DNA from: the human T2T-CHM13v2.0 reference genome, Homo sapiens
NCBI RefSeq assembly: GCF_009914755.1
Contig: NC_060948.1
Length of the DNA stretch: 64,000 nucleotides
Strand: one strand, 5' to 3'
The position numbers and the translations under genes are program-made. This document shows positions 36,751 through 56,098 of the stretch, piece after piece. Below the pieces are notes generated by a model. It did no database searches and was not told where the DNA came from. It worked only from the letters and a program-made list of their open reading frames with translations. Numbering within the stretch: position 1 is the stretch's first letter; every line of letters begins with the position of its first letter.

Positions 36751-38855
36751 AGATCCATATTTTTTAAATGAAAAAAAATTTCAAAGGTACTCTGCTTGGT
36801 ACAATAATCAAATGTATAAACTGAGGAATAAAACATAACCATGAAACCTACTTATAACTGCATATGGAAAATACAGAGGATAATTTTTTAAATAACATAT
36901 TTTGAAAGCCTTAACTAGTAATTTGAAGAGTTGGCATTTGAAAGGCCAGTATGAATATACCTTCAAAGCAGCAACACAGGTTCCCCATGAGAAAAAGCAA
37001 ACTCAGGGAAAATAAAACCACAAAGGTTCAATCTCTTCTGACCTTTGAAAGACACAGCACAGACAGTGGTCCTTAGGACGAAGAGCAGGAGACCCCTAAT
37101 TCCGTCACCATGGCGATAGGGCATAAACATTGCTGGGTGAGGGCACAATCCACCTTGTGAGGTCCACCTGCTGCCAGGAAGACAGGAGTGCTTTTACATA
37201 GACCGAAAAGTCATTGAAGGCTCAGAGTTTTGTTTCAAGAACTGAATCCCAAGCCCACACGTTAGTAGGCTGCGCTTCTTAAAACAAGTTATGAGATGGG
37301 AAAAAGGGCACCCACAAACATACGTATACATTATGTATATAATAATATACAGTATCATATATAGAATATATATAACCTATGTATAATATTGTTTTACATC
37401 CTGCATCTTATGTTATATATATTGTATAAAATATAATAATTGATAATATATAAGTTTTATATTTATTCAATATGACATATAGTATATATTATAATTTATG
37501 ACATATATAGTATATGTTATATATCATATATAGAATATATTATACGGTTAATATACGTATTAAATATAAATTATACATTATATATATTATATATAATATA
37601 TCTGTTATATATAATACCCATGATGCATAATATATATATTATGTCTATGATATATATAGTATAAAACAACATATAATAATATATAATTGTATATATAAAA
37701 TGCGACATATAATATATATTATATTTTATGACATATGTAATATATATTATATATTATATATAATGCGTTGTATGTATAATACCTATATTAAATATATATT
37801 ACATGACTATGTTATTAATTACATGTCACATGTGTTATATATTATTTATTTTACATAGAATATACCGGTTACATACAATATATAGTATGTTACCTATAAT
37901 GTATAATTTATTACATGTAAAATAAATAATGCAATATATTATGTATAATTTATAATATACAATATGTGGAATGTGATATATATAACATATAATATATGAT
38001 ATATGATATAGAGTATATGATATATAACATACAATATATGATACCTAATATATATGATATACAATATATATTTTATGATATGTATTCTATATGTTATATA
38101 TTCTGTTATATATAACTGTTTGAAATTATATATAACTGTATAATATTTTAGGTAAATATGTAATATAATATATATAACTTTATAATATATTATATATAAC
38201 TATATATTATGTTATATATACTTTTATAACATAATTTACATAAAATATCATAATATAATATATATTATATTATTTCATATTACATAATATATATTACATA
38301 TCACCCAATATAAGTAACATACATAATATTATAATATAGATTATATTATGTTATATTAAATATCATATATATCATGTATCATATATTCTATAATATATAT
38401 TATACATTATATAATATGTATGTTGTCTATTATGTGATATATATAACTATATATATAATTATATTATTATACATATAACTAGATAAACATGTAATTCTAC
38501 ATATTTTCATTTATAATATATAGAATTATATAATCATATATAATTATTTATATTCTATAAAAAATTATATCATTATATAAATTAGAATATATAAAAATTA
38601 TAATATGTACTACAAACATATATATTATATATCATATATGATATAGTACCTTTGTTATATATCATAATACATATAAATGTGTATTATGTTATCTATAATT
38701 ATATAATTTCATATATAAGATGTATAATATGTATTATTTATTATATACGTTATGTAATATATATAGTATATATAAGCTGACACAGGATAAATATTATATA
38801 CTATGACATATAAAATATATGAGGTTATATGTTACATATAAGGCATAGCACATAA

Positions 38856-39170
<315 letters not shown>

Positions 39171-41296
39171 AGATCCATATTTTTTAAATGAAAAAAAATT
39201 TCAAATGTACTCTGCTTGGTACAATAATCAAATGTATAAACTGAGGAATAAAACATAACCATGAAACCTACTTATAACTGCATATGGAAAATACAGAGGA
39301 TAATTTTTTAAATAACATATTTTGAAAGCCTTAACTAGTAATTTGAAGAGTTGGCATTTGAAAGGCCAGTATGAATATACCTTCAAAGCAGCAACACAGG
39401 TTCCCCATGAGAAAAAGCAAACGCAGGGAAAATAAAACCACAAAGGTTCAATCTCTTCTGACCTTTGAAAGACACAGCACAGACAGTGGTCCTTAGGACG
39501 AAGAGCAGGAGACCCCTAATTCCGTCACCATGGCGATAGGGCATAAACATTGCTGGGTGAGGGCACAATCCACATTGTGAGGTCCAACTGCTGCCAGGAA
39601 GACACGAGTGCTTTTACATAGACCGAAAGGTCATTGAAGGCTCAGAGTTTTGTTTCAAGAACTGAATCCCAAGCCCACACGTTATTAGGCTGCGCTTCTT
39701 AAAACAAGTTATGAGATGGGAAAAAGGGCACCCACAAACATACGTATACATTATGTATATAATAATATACAGTATCATATATATAATATATATAACCTAT
39801 GTATAATATTGTTTTACATCCTGCATCTTATGTTATATATATTGCATAAAATATAATAATTGATAATATATAAGTTTTATATTTATTCAATATGACATAT
39901 AGTATATATTATAATTTATGACATATATAATATATGTTATATATCATATATAGAATATATTATACGGTTAATATACGTATTAAATATAACTTATACATTA
40001 TATATATTATATATAATATATCTGTTATATATAATACCCATTATGCATAATATATATATTATGTCTATGTTATATATAGTATAAAACAACATATAATAAT
40101 ATATAATTGTATATATAAAATGCGACATATAATATATATTATATTTTATGACATGTAATATATATTATATATTATATATAATACGTTGTATGTATAATAC
40201 CTATATTAAATATATATTATATGACTATGTTATTAATTACATGTCACATATGTTAAATATTAGATATTTTACATAGAATATACCGGTTACATACAATATA
40301 TACTATGTTACCTATAATGTATAATTGATTACATGTAAAATAAAGAATGCAATATATTATGTATAATTTATAATATACAATATGTGGAATGTGATATATA
40401 TAACATATAATATATGATACATGATATACAGTATATGATAATTAACATACAATATATGATACCTAATATATCTGGTATACAATATATATTTTATGATATG
40501 TATTCTATATGTTTTATATTCTGTTATATATAACTATTTGAAATTATATATAACTGTATAATATTTTATGTAAATATGTAATATAATATATATAACTATA
40601 TAATATATTATATATAACTATATATTATGTTATATATACTTTTATAACATAATTTACATAAAATATCATAATATAATATATATTATATTATTTCACATTA
40701 CATAATATATATTACATATCACCCAATATAAGTAACATACATAATATTATAATATAGATTATATTATGTTATATTAAATATCATATATATCATGTATCAT
40801 ATATCAAATAATATATATTACACATTATATAATATGTATGTTGTCTATTATGTGATATATATAACTATATGTATAATTATATTATTATACATATAACTAG
40901 ATAAACATGTAGTTATACATAATTTCATTTATAATATATAGAATTATATAATCATATATAATTATTTATATTCTATAAAAAATTATATCATTATATAAAT
41001 TATAATATAAAAAAATTATAATATGTACTACAAATATATATATTATATATCATATATGATATAGTACCTTTGTTATATATCATAATACATATAAATGTGT
41101 ATTATGTTATCTATAATTATATAATTTCATATATAAGATGTATAATATGTATTATATATTGTATATGTTATGTAATATATATAGTATATATAAGCTGACA
41201 CAGGATAAATATTATATACTATGACATATAAAATATATGAGGTTATATGTTACATATAAGGCATAGCACATAACATGTAATATATATCATATATAA

Positions 41297-41588
<292 letters not shown>

Positions 41589-43693
41589 AGATCCATATTT
41601 TTTAAATGAAAAAAAATTTCAAAGGTACTCTGCTTGGTACAATAATCAAATGTATAAACTGAGGAATAAAACATAACCATGAAACCTACTTATAACTGCA
41701 TATGGAAAATACAGAGGATAATTTTTTAAATCACATATTTTGAAAGCCTTAACTAGTAATTTGAAGAGTTGGCATTTGAAAGGCCAGTATGAATATACCT
41801 TCAAAGCAGCAACACAGGTTCCCCATGAGAAAAAGCAAACTCAGGGAAAATAAAACCACAAAGGTTCAATCTCTTCTGATCTTTGAAAGACACAGCACAG
41901 ACAGTGGTCCTTAGGACGAAGAGCAAGAGACCCCTAATTCCGTCACCATGGCGATAGGGCATAAACATTGCTGGGTGAGGGCACAATCCACATTGTGAGG
42001 TCCAACTGCTGCCAGGAAGACAGGAGTGCTTTTACATAGACCGAAAGGTCATTGAAGGCTCAGAGTTTTGTTTCAAGAACTGAATCCCAAGCCCACACGT
42101 TATTAGGCTGCGCTTCTTAAAACAAGTTATGAGATGGGAAAAAGGGCACCCACAGACATACGTATACATTATGTATATAATAATATACAGTATCATATAT
42201 ATAATATCTATAAGCTTTGTATAATATTGTTTTACATCCTGCATCTTATATTATATATATTGTATAAAATATAATAATTGATAATATATAAGTTTTATAT
42301 TTATACAATATGACATACAGTATATATTATAATTTATGACATATATAATATATGTTATATATCATATATAGAATATATTATACGGTTAATATACGTATTA
42401 AATATAAATTATACATTATATATATTATATATAATATATCTGTTATATATAATACCCATTATGCATAATATATATATTATGTCTATGTTATATATAGTAT
42501 AAAACAACATATAATAATATATAATTGTATATATAAAATGCGACATATAATATATATTATATTTTATGACATATGTAATATATATTATATATTATATATA
42601 ATACGTTGTATGTATAATACCTATAATAAATATATATTATATGACTATGTTATTAATTACATGTCACATGTGTTATATATTATATATTTTACATAGAATA
42701 TACCGGTTACATACAATATATACTATGTTACCTATAATGTATATTTTATTACATGTGAAATAAAGAATGCAATATATTATGTATAATTTATAATATACAA
42801 TATGTGGAATGTGATATATATAACATATAATATATGATATATGATATACAGTATATGATATATAACATACAATATATGATACCTAATATATATGGTATAC
42901 AATATATATTTTATGATATGTATTCCATATGTTTTATATTCTGTTATAAATAACTATTTGAAATTATATATAACTGTATAATATTTTATGTAAATATGTA
43001 ATATAATATATATAACTATATAATATATTATATATAACTATATATTATGTTATATATACTTTTATAACATAATTTACATAAAATATCATAATATAATATA
43101 TATTATATTATTTCATATTACATAATATATATTACATATCACCCAATATAAGTAACATACATAATATTATAATATAGATTATATTATGTTATATTAAATA
43201 TCATATATATCATGTATCATATAATCTATAATATATATTATACATTATATAATATGTATGTTGTCTATTATGTGATATATATAACTATATATATAATTAT
43301 ATTATTATACATATAACTAGATAAACATGTAATTCTACATATTTTCATTTATAATATATAGAATTATATAATCATATATAATTATTTATATTCTATAAAA
43401 AATTATATCGTTATATAAATTATAATATGTAAAAATTATAATATGTACTACAAATATATATATTATATATCATATATGATATGGTACCTTTGTTATATAT
43501 CATAATACATATAAATGTGTATTATGTTATCTATAATTATATAATTTCATACATAAGATGTATAATATTTATTATATATTATATATGTTATGTAATATAT
43601 ATAGTATATATAAGATGACACAGGATAAATATTATATACTATGACATATAAAATATATGAGGTTATATGTTACATATAAGTCATAGCACATAA

Positions 43694-44008
<315 letters not shown>

Positions 44009-46136
44009 AGATCCATATTTTTTAAATGAAAAAAAATTTCAAAGGTACTCTGCTTGGTACAATAATCAAGTGTATAAACTGAGGAATAAAACATAACCAT
44101 GAAACCTACTTATAACTGCATATGGAAAATACAGAGGATAATTTTTTAAATAACATATTTTGAAAGCCTTAACTAGTAATTTGAAGAGTTGGCATTTGAA
44201 AGGCCAGTATGAATATACCTTCAAAGCAGCAACACAGGTTCCCGATGAGAAAAAGCAAACTCAGGGAAAATAAAACCACAAAGGTTCAATGTCTTCTCAC
44301 CTTTGAAAGACACAGCACAGACAGTGGCCCTTAGGACGAAGAGCTGGAGACCCCTAATTCCGTCACCATGGCGATAGGGCATAAACATTGCTGGGTGAGG
44401 GCACAATCCACATTGTGAGGTCCAACTGCTGCCAGGAAGACAGGAGTGCTTTTACATAGACCGAAAGGTCATTGAAGGCTCAGAGTTTTGTTTCAAGAAC
44501 TGAATCCCAAGCCCACACGTTATTAGGCTGCGCTTCTTAAAACAAGTTATGAGATGGGAAAAAGGGCACCCACAAACATACGTATACATTATGTATATAA
44601 TAATATACAGTATCATATATATAATATATATAACCTATGTATAATATTGTTTTACATCCTGCATCTTATATTATATATATTGTGTAAAATATAATAATTG
44701 ATAATATATAAGTTTTATATTTATACAATATGACATATAGTATATATTATAATTTATGTCATATATAATATATGTTATATATCATATATAGAATATATTA
44801 TACGGTTAATATACGTATTAAATATAAATTATACATTATATATATTATATATAATATATCTGTTACATATAATACCCATTATGCATAATATATATATTAT
44901 GTCTATATTATATATAGTATAAAACAACATATAATAATATATAATTGTATATATAAAATGCGACATATAATATATATTATATTTTATGACATATGTAATA
45001 TATATTATATATTATATATAATACGTTGTATGTATAATACCTATAATAAATATATATTATATGACTATGTTATTAATTACATGTCACATGTGTTATATAT
45101 TATATATTTTACATAGAATATACCGGTTACATACAATATATACTATGTTACCTATAATGTATAATTTATTACATGTAAAACAAAGAATGCAATATATTAT
45201 GTATAATTTATAATATACAATATGTGGAATGTGATATATATAACATATAATATATGATATATGATATACAGTATATGATATATACCATACAATATACGAT
45301 ACCTAATATATATGGTATACAATATATATTTTATGATATGTATTCTATATGTTTTATATTCTGTTATATATAACTATTTGAAATTATATATAACTGTATA
45401 ATATTTTATGTAAATATGTAATATAATATATATAACTATATAATATATTTTATATAACTATATATTATGTTATATATACTTTTATAACATAATTTACATA
45501 AAATATCATAATATAATATATATTATATTATTTCATATTACATAATATATATTACATATCACCAAATATAAGTAACATACATAATATTATAATATAGATT
45601 ATATTATGTTATATTAAATATCATATATATCATGTATCATATATTCTATAATATATATTATACATTATATAATATGTATGTTGTCTATTATGTGATATAT
45701 ATAACAATATATATAATTATATTATTATACATATAACTAGATAAACATGTAATTCTACATATTTTCATTTATAATATATAGAATTATATAATCATATATA
45801 ATTATTTATATTCTATAAAAAATTATATCATTATATAAATTATAATATATAAAAATTATAATATGTACTACAAATATATATATTATATATCATATATGAT
45901 ATAGTACCTTTGTTATATATCATAATACATATAAATGTGTATTATGTTATCTATAATTATATAATTTCATATATAAGATGTATAATATTTATTATATATT
46001 ATATATGTTATGTAATATATATAGTATATATAAGATGAGACAGGATAAATATTATATACTATGACATATAAAATATATGAGGTTATATGTTACATATAAG
46101 GCATAGCACATAACATGTAATATATATCATCTATAA

Positions 46137-46428
46137 TTTTTTATTAGACAGAGTCTTGTCCTGTTGCACAGGGTGGAGTAGAATGGCGCCATCTTTGCTC
46201 ACTGCAACATCTGCCTCACGGGTCCAAGCGATTGTCCTCCCTCAGCCTCCCAGGTAGCTGGGACTACACCACACTGGGACTACACCAGCTGCCACCATGC
46301 CTAGCTAATTTTTTGGATTTTTAGTAGTGACAGCGTTTCACCGTATTGGCCAGGATGGTCTTGATCTCTTCACCTTGTGATCCCCTTGCCTTGGCCTCCA
46401 AATTTGCTGGGATTACAGGCCTGAGCCA
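46137..46428 (-). mobile_element. Alu in DYZ2 unit 16
   Basis: Near-identical copy; the T tract is interrupted by one A. Confidence 0.95.
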
Positions 46429-48533
46429 AGATCCATATTTTTTAAATGAAAAAAAATTTCAAAGGTACTCTGCTAGGTACAATAATCAAATGTATAAACT
46501 GAGGAATAAAACATAACCATGAAACCTACTTATAACTGCATATGGAAAATACAGAGGATAATTTTTTAAATAACATATTTTGAAAGCCTTAACTAGTAAT
46601 TTGAAGAGTTGGCATTTGAAAGGCCAGTATGAATATACCTTCAAAGCAGCAACACAGGTTCCCCATGAGAAAAAGCAAACTCAGGGAAAATAAAACCACA
46701 AAGGTTCAATCTCTTCTGACCTTTGAAAGACACAGCACAGACAGTGGTCCTTAGGACGAAGAGCAGGAGACCCCTAATTCCGTCACCATGGCGATAGGGC
46801 ATAAACACTGCTGGGTGAGGGCACAATCCACATTGTGAGGTCCAACTGCTGCCAGGAAGACAGGAGTGCTTTTACATAGACCGAAAGGTCATTGAAGGCT
46901 CAGAGTTTTGTTTCAAGAACTGAATCCCAAGCCCACACGTTATTAGGCTGCGCTTCTTAAAACAAGTTATGAGATGGGAAAAAGGGCACCCACAGACATA
47001 CGTATACATTATGTATATAATAATATACAGTATCATATATATAATATATATAACCTATGTATAATATTGTTTTACATCCTGCATCTTATACTATATATAT
47101 TGTATAAAATATAATAATTGATAATATATAAATTTTACATTTATACAATATGACATATAGTATATATTATAATTTATGACATATATAATATATGTTATAT
47201 ATCATATATAGAATATATTATACGGTTAATATACGTATTAAATATAAATTATACATTATATATATTATATATAATATATCTGTTACATATAATACACATT
47301 ATGCATAATATATATATTATGTCTATGTTATATATAGTATAAAACAACATATAATAATATATAATTGTATATATAAAATGCGACATATAATATATATTAT
47401 ATTTTATGACATATGTAATATATATTATATATTATATATAATACGTTGTATGTATAATACCTAAAATAAATATATATTATATGACTATGTTATTAATTAC
47501 ATGTCACATGTGTTATATATTATATATTTTACATAGAATGTACCGGTTACATACAATATATACTATGTTACCTATAATGTATAATTTATTACATGTAAAA
47601 TAAAGAATGCAATATATTATGTATAATTTATAATATACAATATGTGGAATGTGATATATATAACATATAATATATGATATATGATATACAGTATATGATA
47701 TATAACATACAATATATGATACCTAATATATATGGTATACAATATATATTTTATGATATGTATTCTATATGTTTTATATTCTGTTATATATAACTATTTG
47801 AAATTATTTATAACTGTATAATATTTTATGTAAATATGTAATATAATATATATAACTATAAAATATATTTTATATAACTACCTATTATGTTATATATACT
47901 TTTATAACATAATTTACAAAAAATATCATAATATAATATATATTATATTATTTCATATTACATAATATATATTACATATCACCCAATATAAGTAACATAC
48001 ATAATATTATAATATAGATTATATTATGTTATATTAAATATCATATATATCATGTATCATATAATCTATAATATATATTATACATTATATAATATGTATG
48101 TTGTCTATTATGTGATATATATAACTATATATATAATTATATTATTATACATATAACTAGATAAACATGTAATTCTACATATTTTCATTTATAATATATA
48201 GAATTATATAATCATATATAATTATTTATATTCTATAAGAAATTATATCATTATATAAATTATAATATGTAAAAATTATAATATGTACTACAAATATATA
48301 TATTATATATCATATATGATATGGTACCTTTGTTATATATCATAATACAAATAAATGTGTATTATGTTATCTATAATTATATAATTTCATATATAAGATG
48401 TATAATATTTATTATATATTATATATGTTATGTAATATATATAGTATATATAAGATGACACAGGATAAATATTATATACTATGACATATAAAATATATGA
48501 GGTTATATGTTACATATAAGGCATAGCACATAA

Positions 48534-48848
<315 letters not shown>

Positions 48849-50951
48849 AGATCCATATTTTTTAAATGAAAAAAAATTTCAAAGGTACTCTGCTTGGTAC
48901 AATAATCAAATGTATAAACTGAGGAATAAAACATAACCATGAAACCTACATATAACTGCATATGGAAAATACAGAGGATAATTATTTAAATAACATATTT
49001 TGAAAGCCTTAACTAGTAATTTGAAGAGTTGGCATTTGAAAGGCCAGTATGAATATACCTTCAAAGCAGCAACACAGGTTCCCCATGAGAAAAAGCAAAC
49101 TCAGGGAAAATAAAACCACAAAGGTTCAATCTCTTCTGACCTTTGAAAGACACAGCACAGACAGTGGTCCTTAGGACGAAGAGCTGGAGACCCCTAATTC
49201 CGTCACAATGGCGATAGGGCATAAACATTGCTGGCTGAGGGCACAATCCACATTGTGAGGTCCAACTGCTGCCAGGAAGACAGGAGTGCTTTTACATAGA
49301 CCGAAAGGTCATTGAAGGCTCAGAGTTTTGTTTCAAGAACTGAATCCCAAGCCCACACGTTATTAGGCTGCGCTTCTTAAAACAAGTTATGACATGGGAA
49401 AAAGGGCACCCACAAACATACGTATACATTATGTATATAATAATATACAGTATCATATATATAATATATATAACCTATGTATAATATTGTTTTACATCCT
49501 GCATCTTATATTATATATATTGTTTAAAATATAATAATTGATAATATATAAGTTTTATATTTATACAATATGACATATAGTATATATTATAATTTATGAC
49601 ATATATAATATATGTTATATATCATATATAGAATATATTATACGGTTAATATACGTATTAAATATAAATTATACTTTATATATATTATATATAATATATC
49701 TGTTATATATAATACCCATTATGCATAATATATATATTATGTCTATGTTATATATAGTATAAAACAACATATAATAATATATAATTGTATATATAAAATG
49801 CGACATATAATATATATTATATTTTATGACATATGTAATATATATTATATATTATATATAATACGTTGTATGTATAATACCTATAATAAATATATATTAT
49901 ATGACTATGTTATTAATTACATATCACATGTGTTATATATTATATATTTTACATAGAATATTCCGGTTACATACAATATATACTATGTTACCTATAATGA
50001 ATAATTTATTACATGTAAAATAAAGAATGCAATATATTATGTATAATTTATAATATACAATATGTGGAATGTGATATATATAACATATAATATATGATAT
50101 ATGATATACAGTATATGATATATACCATACAATATACGATACCTAATATATATGGTATACAATATATATTTTATGATATGTATTCTATATGTTTTATATT
50201 CTGTTATATATAACTATTTGAAATTATATATAACTTTATATTATTTTATGTAAATATGTAATATAATATATAACTATATAATATATTATATATAACTATA
50301 AATTATGTTATATATACTTTTATAACATAATTTACATAAAATATCATAATATAATATATATTATATTATTTCATATTACATAATATATATTACATATCAC
50401 CCAATATAAGTAACATACATAATATTATAATATAGATTATATTATGTTATATTAAATATCATATATATCATGTATCATATATTCTATAATATATATTATA
50501 CATTATATAATATGTATGTTGTCTATTATGTGATATATATAGCAATATATATAATTATATTATTATACATATAACTAGATAAACATGTAATTCTACATAT
50601 TTTCATTTATACTATATAGAATTATATAATCATATATAATTATTTAGATACTATAAAAAATTATATCATTATATAAATTATAATATATAAAAATTATAAT
50701 ATGTACTACAAATATATATATTATATATCATATATGATATAGTACCTTTGTTATATATCATAATACATATAAATGTGTATTATGTTATCTATAATTATAT
50801 AATTTCATATATAAGATGTATAATATTTATTATATATTATATATGTTATGTAATATATATAGTATATATAAGATGAGACAGGATAAATATTATATAATAT
50901 GACATATAAAATATATGAGGTTATATGTTACATATAAGGCATAGCACATAA

Positions 50952-51266
<315 letters not shown>

Positions 51267-53367
51267 AGATCCATATTTTTTAAATGAAAAAAAATTTCAA
51301 AGGTACTCTGCTTGGTACAATAATCAAATGTATAAACTGAGGAATAAAACATAACCATGAAACCTACTTATAACTGCATATGGAAAATACAGAGGATAAT
51401 TTTTTAAATAACATATTTTGAAAGCCTTAACTAGTAATTTGAAGAGTTGGCATTTGAAAGGCCAGTATGAATATACCTTCAAAGCAGCAACACAGGTTCC
51501 CCATGAGAAAAAGCAAACTCAGGGAAAATAAAACCACAAAGGTTCAATCTCTTCTGACCTTTGAAAGACACAGCACAGACAGTGGTCCTTAGGACGAAGA
51601 GCAGGAGACCCCTAATTCAGTCACCATGGCGATAGGACATAAACACTGCTGGGTGAGGGCACAATCCACATTGTGAGGTCCAACTGCTGCCAGGAAGACA
51701 GGAGTGCTTTTACATAGACCGAAAGGTCATTGAAGGCTCAGACTTTTGTTTCAAGAACTGAATCCCAAGCCCACACGTTATTAGGCTGCGCTTCTTAAAA
51801 CAAGTTATGAGATGGGAAAAAGGGCACCCACAAACATACGTATACATTATGTATATAATAATATACAGTATCATATATATAATATATATAACCTATGTAT
51901 AATATTGTTTTACATCCTGCATCTTATACTATATATATTGTATAAAATATAATAATTGATAATATATAAATTTTATATTTATACAATGTGACATATAGTA
52001 TATATTATAATTTATGACATATATAATATATGTTATATATCATATATAGAATATATTATACGGTTAATATACGTATTAAATATAAATTATACATTATATA
52101 TATTATATATAATATATCTGTTATATATAATACCCATTATGCATAATATATATATTATGTCTATGTTATATATAGTATAAAACAACATATAATAATATAT
52201 AATTGTATATATAAAATGCGACATATAATATATATTATATTTTATGACATATGTAATATATATTATATATTATATATATTACGTTGTATGTATAATACCT
52301 ATAATAAATATATATTATATGACTATGTTATTAATTACATGTCACATGTGTTATATATTATATATTTTACATAGAATATACCGGTTATATACAATATATA
52401 CTATGTTACCTATAATGTATAATTTATTACATGTAAAATAAAGAATGCAATATATTATGTGTAATTTATAATATACAATATGTGGAATGTGATATATATA
52501 ACATATAATATATGATATATGATATACAGTATATGATATATAACATACAATATATGATACCTAATATATATGGTATACAATATATATTTTATGATATGTA
52601 TTCTATATGTTTTATATTCTGTTATATATAACTGTTTGAAATTATATATAACTGTATAATATTTTATGTAAATATGTAATATAATATATATAACTATATA
52701 ATATATTATATATAACTATATATTATGTTATATATACTTTTATAATTTTATTTACATAAAATATCATAGTATAATATATATTATATTACTTCATATTACA
52801 TAATATATATTACATATCACCCAATATAAGTAACATACATAATATTATAATATAGATTATATTATGTTATATTAAATATCATATATATCATGTATCATAT
52901 ATTCTATAATATGTATTATACATTATATAATATGCATGTTGTCTATTATGTGATATATATAACTATATATATAATTATATTATTATACATATATCTAGAT
53001 AAACATGTAATTCTACATATTTTCATTTATAATATATAGAATTACATAATCATATATAATTATATTCTATAAAAAATTATATCATTATATAAATTATAAT
53101 ATATAAAAATTATAATATGTACTACAAATATATATATTATATATCATATATGATATAGTACCTTTGTTATATATCATAATACATATAAATGTGTATTATG
53201 TTATCTATAATTATATAATTTGATATATAAGATGTATAATATTTATTATATATTATAAATGTTATGTAATATATATAGTATATATAAGATGACACAGGAT
53301 AAATATTATATACTATGACATATAAAATATATGAGGTTATATGTTACATATAAGGCATAGCACATAA

Positions 53368-53682
<315 letters not shown>

Positions 53683-55783
53683 AGATCCATATTTTGTAAA
53701 TGAAAAAAAATTTCAAAGATACTCTGCTTGGTACAATAATCAAATGTATAAACTGAGGAATAAAACATAACCATGAAACCTACTTATAACTGCATATGGA
53801 AAATACAGAGGATAATTTTTTAAATAACATATTTTGAAAGCCTTAACTAGTAATTTGAAGAGTTGGCATTTGAAAGGCCAGTATGAATATACCTTCAAAG
53901 CAGCAACACAGGTTCCCCATGAGAAAAAGCAAACTCAGGGAAAATAAAACCACAAAGGTTCAATCTCTTCTGACCTTTGAAAGACACAGCACAGACAGTG
54001 GTCCTTAGGACGAAGAGCAGGAGACCCATAATTCCGTCACCATGGAGATAGGGCATAAACACTGCTGGGTGAGGGCACAATCCACATTGTGAGGTCCAAC
54101 TGCTGCCAGGAAGACAGGAGTGCTTTTACATAGACCGAAAGGTCATTGAAGGCTCAGAGTTTTGTTTCAAGAACTGAATCCCAAGCCCACACGTTATTAG
54201 GCTGCGCTTCTTAAAACAAGTTATGAGATGGGAAAAAGGGCACCCACAAACATACGTATACATTATGTATATAATCATATACAGTATCATATATATAATA
54301 TATATAACCTATGTATAATATTGTTTTACATCCTGCATCTTATATTATATATATTGTGTAAAATATAATAATTGATAATATATAAGTTTTATATTTATAC
54401 AATATGACATATAGTATATATTATAATTTATGACATATATAATATATGTTACATATCATATATAGAAAATATTATACGGTTAATATACGTATTAAATATA
54501 AATTATACATTATATATATTATATATAATATATCTGCTATATATAATACCCATTATGCATAATATATATATTATGTCTATGTTATGTATAGTATAAAACA
54601 ACATATAATAATATATAATTGTATATATAAAATGCGACATATAATATATATTATATTTTATGACATCTGTAATATATATTATATATTATATATAATACGT
54701 TGTATGTATAATACCTATATTAAATATATATTATATGACTATGTTATTAATTACATGTCACATATGTTATATATTATATATTTTACAAAGAATATACCGG
54801 TTACATACATTATATACTATGTTACCTATAATGTATAATTTATTACATGTAAAATAAAGAATGCAATATATTATGTGTAATTTATAATATACAATATGTG
54901 GAATGTGATATATATAACATATAATATATGATATATGATATACAGTATATGATATATAACATACAATATATGATACCTAATATATATGGTATACAATATA
55001 TATTTTATGATATGTATTCTATATGTTTTATATTCTGTTATATATAACTATTTGAAATTATATATAACTGTATAATATTTTATGTAAATATGTAATATAA
55101 TATATATAACTATATAATATATTATATATTACTATATATTATGTTATATATACTTTTATAACTTTATTTACATAAAATATCATAGTATAATATATATTAT
55201 ATTACTTCATATTACATAATATATATTACATATCACCCAATATAAGTAACATACATAATATTATAATATACATTATATTATGTTATATTAAATATCATAT
55301 ATATCATGTATCATATATTCTATAATATATATTATACATTATATAATATGCATGTTGTCTATTATGTGATATATATAACTATATATATAATTATATTATT
55401 ATACATATATCTTGAAAAACATGTAATTCTACATATTTTCATTTATAATATATAGAATTACATAATCATATATAATTATATTCTATAAAAAATTATGTCA
55501 TTATATAAATTATAATATATAAAAATTATAATATGTACTACAAATATATATATTATATATCATATATGATATAGTACCTTTGTTATATATCATAATACAT
55601 ATAAATGTGTATTATGTTATCTATAATTATATAATTTCATATATAAGATGTATAATATTTATTATATATTATAAATGTTATGTAATATATATAGTATATA
55701 TAAGATGACACAGGATAAATATTATATACTATGACATATAAAATATATGAGGTTATATGTTACATATAAGGCATAGCACATAA

Positions 55784-56098
<315 letters not shown>
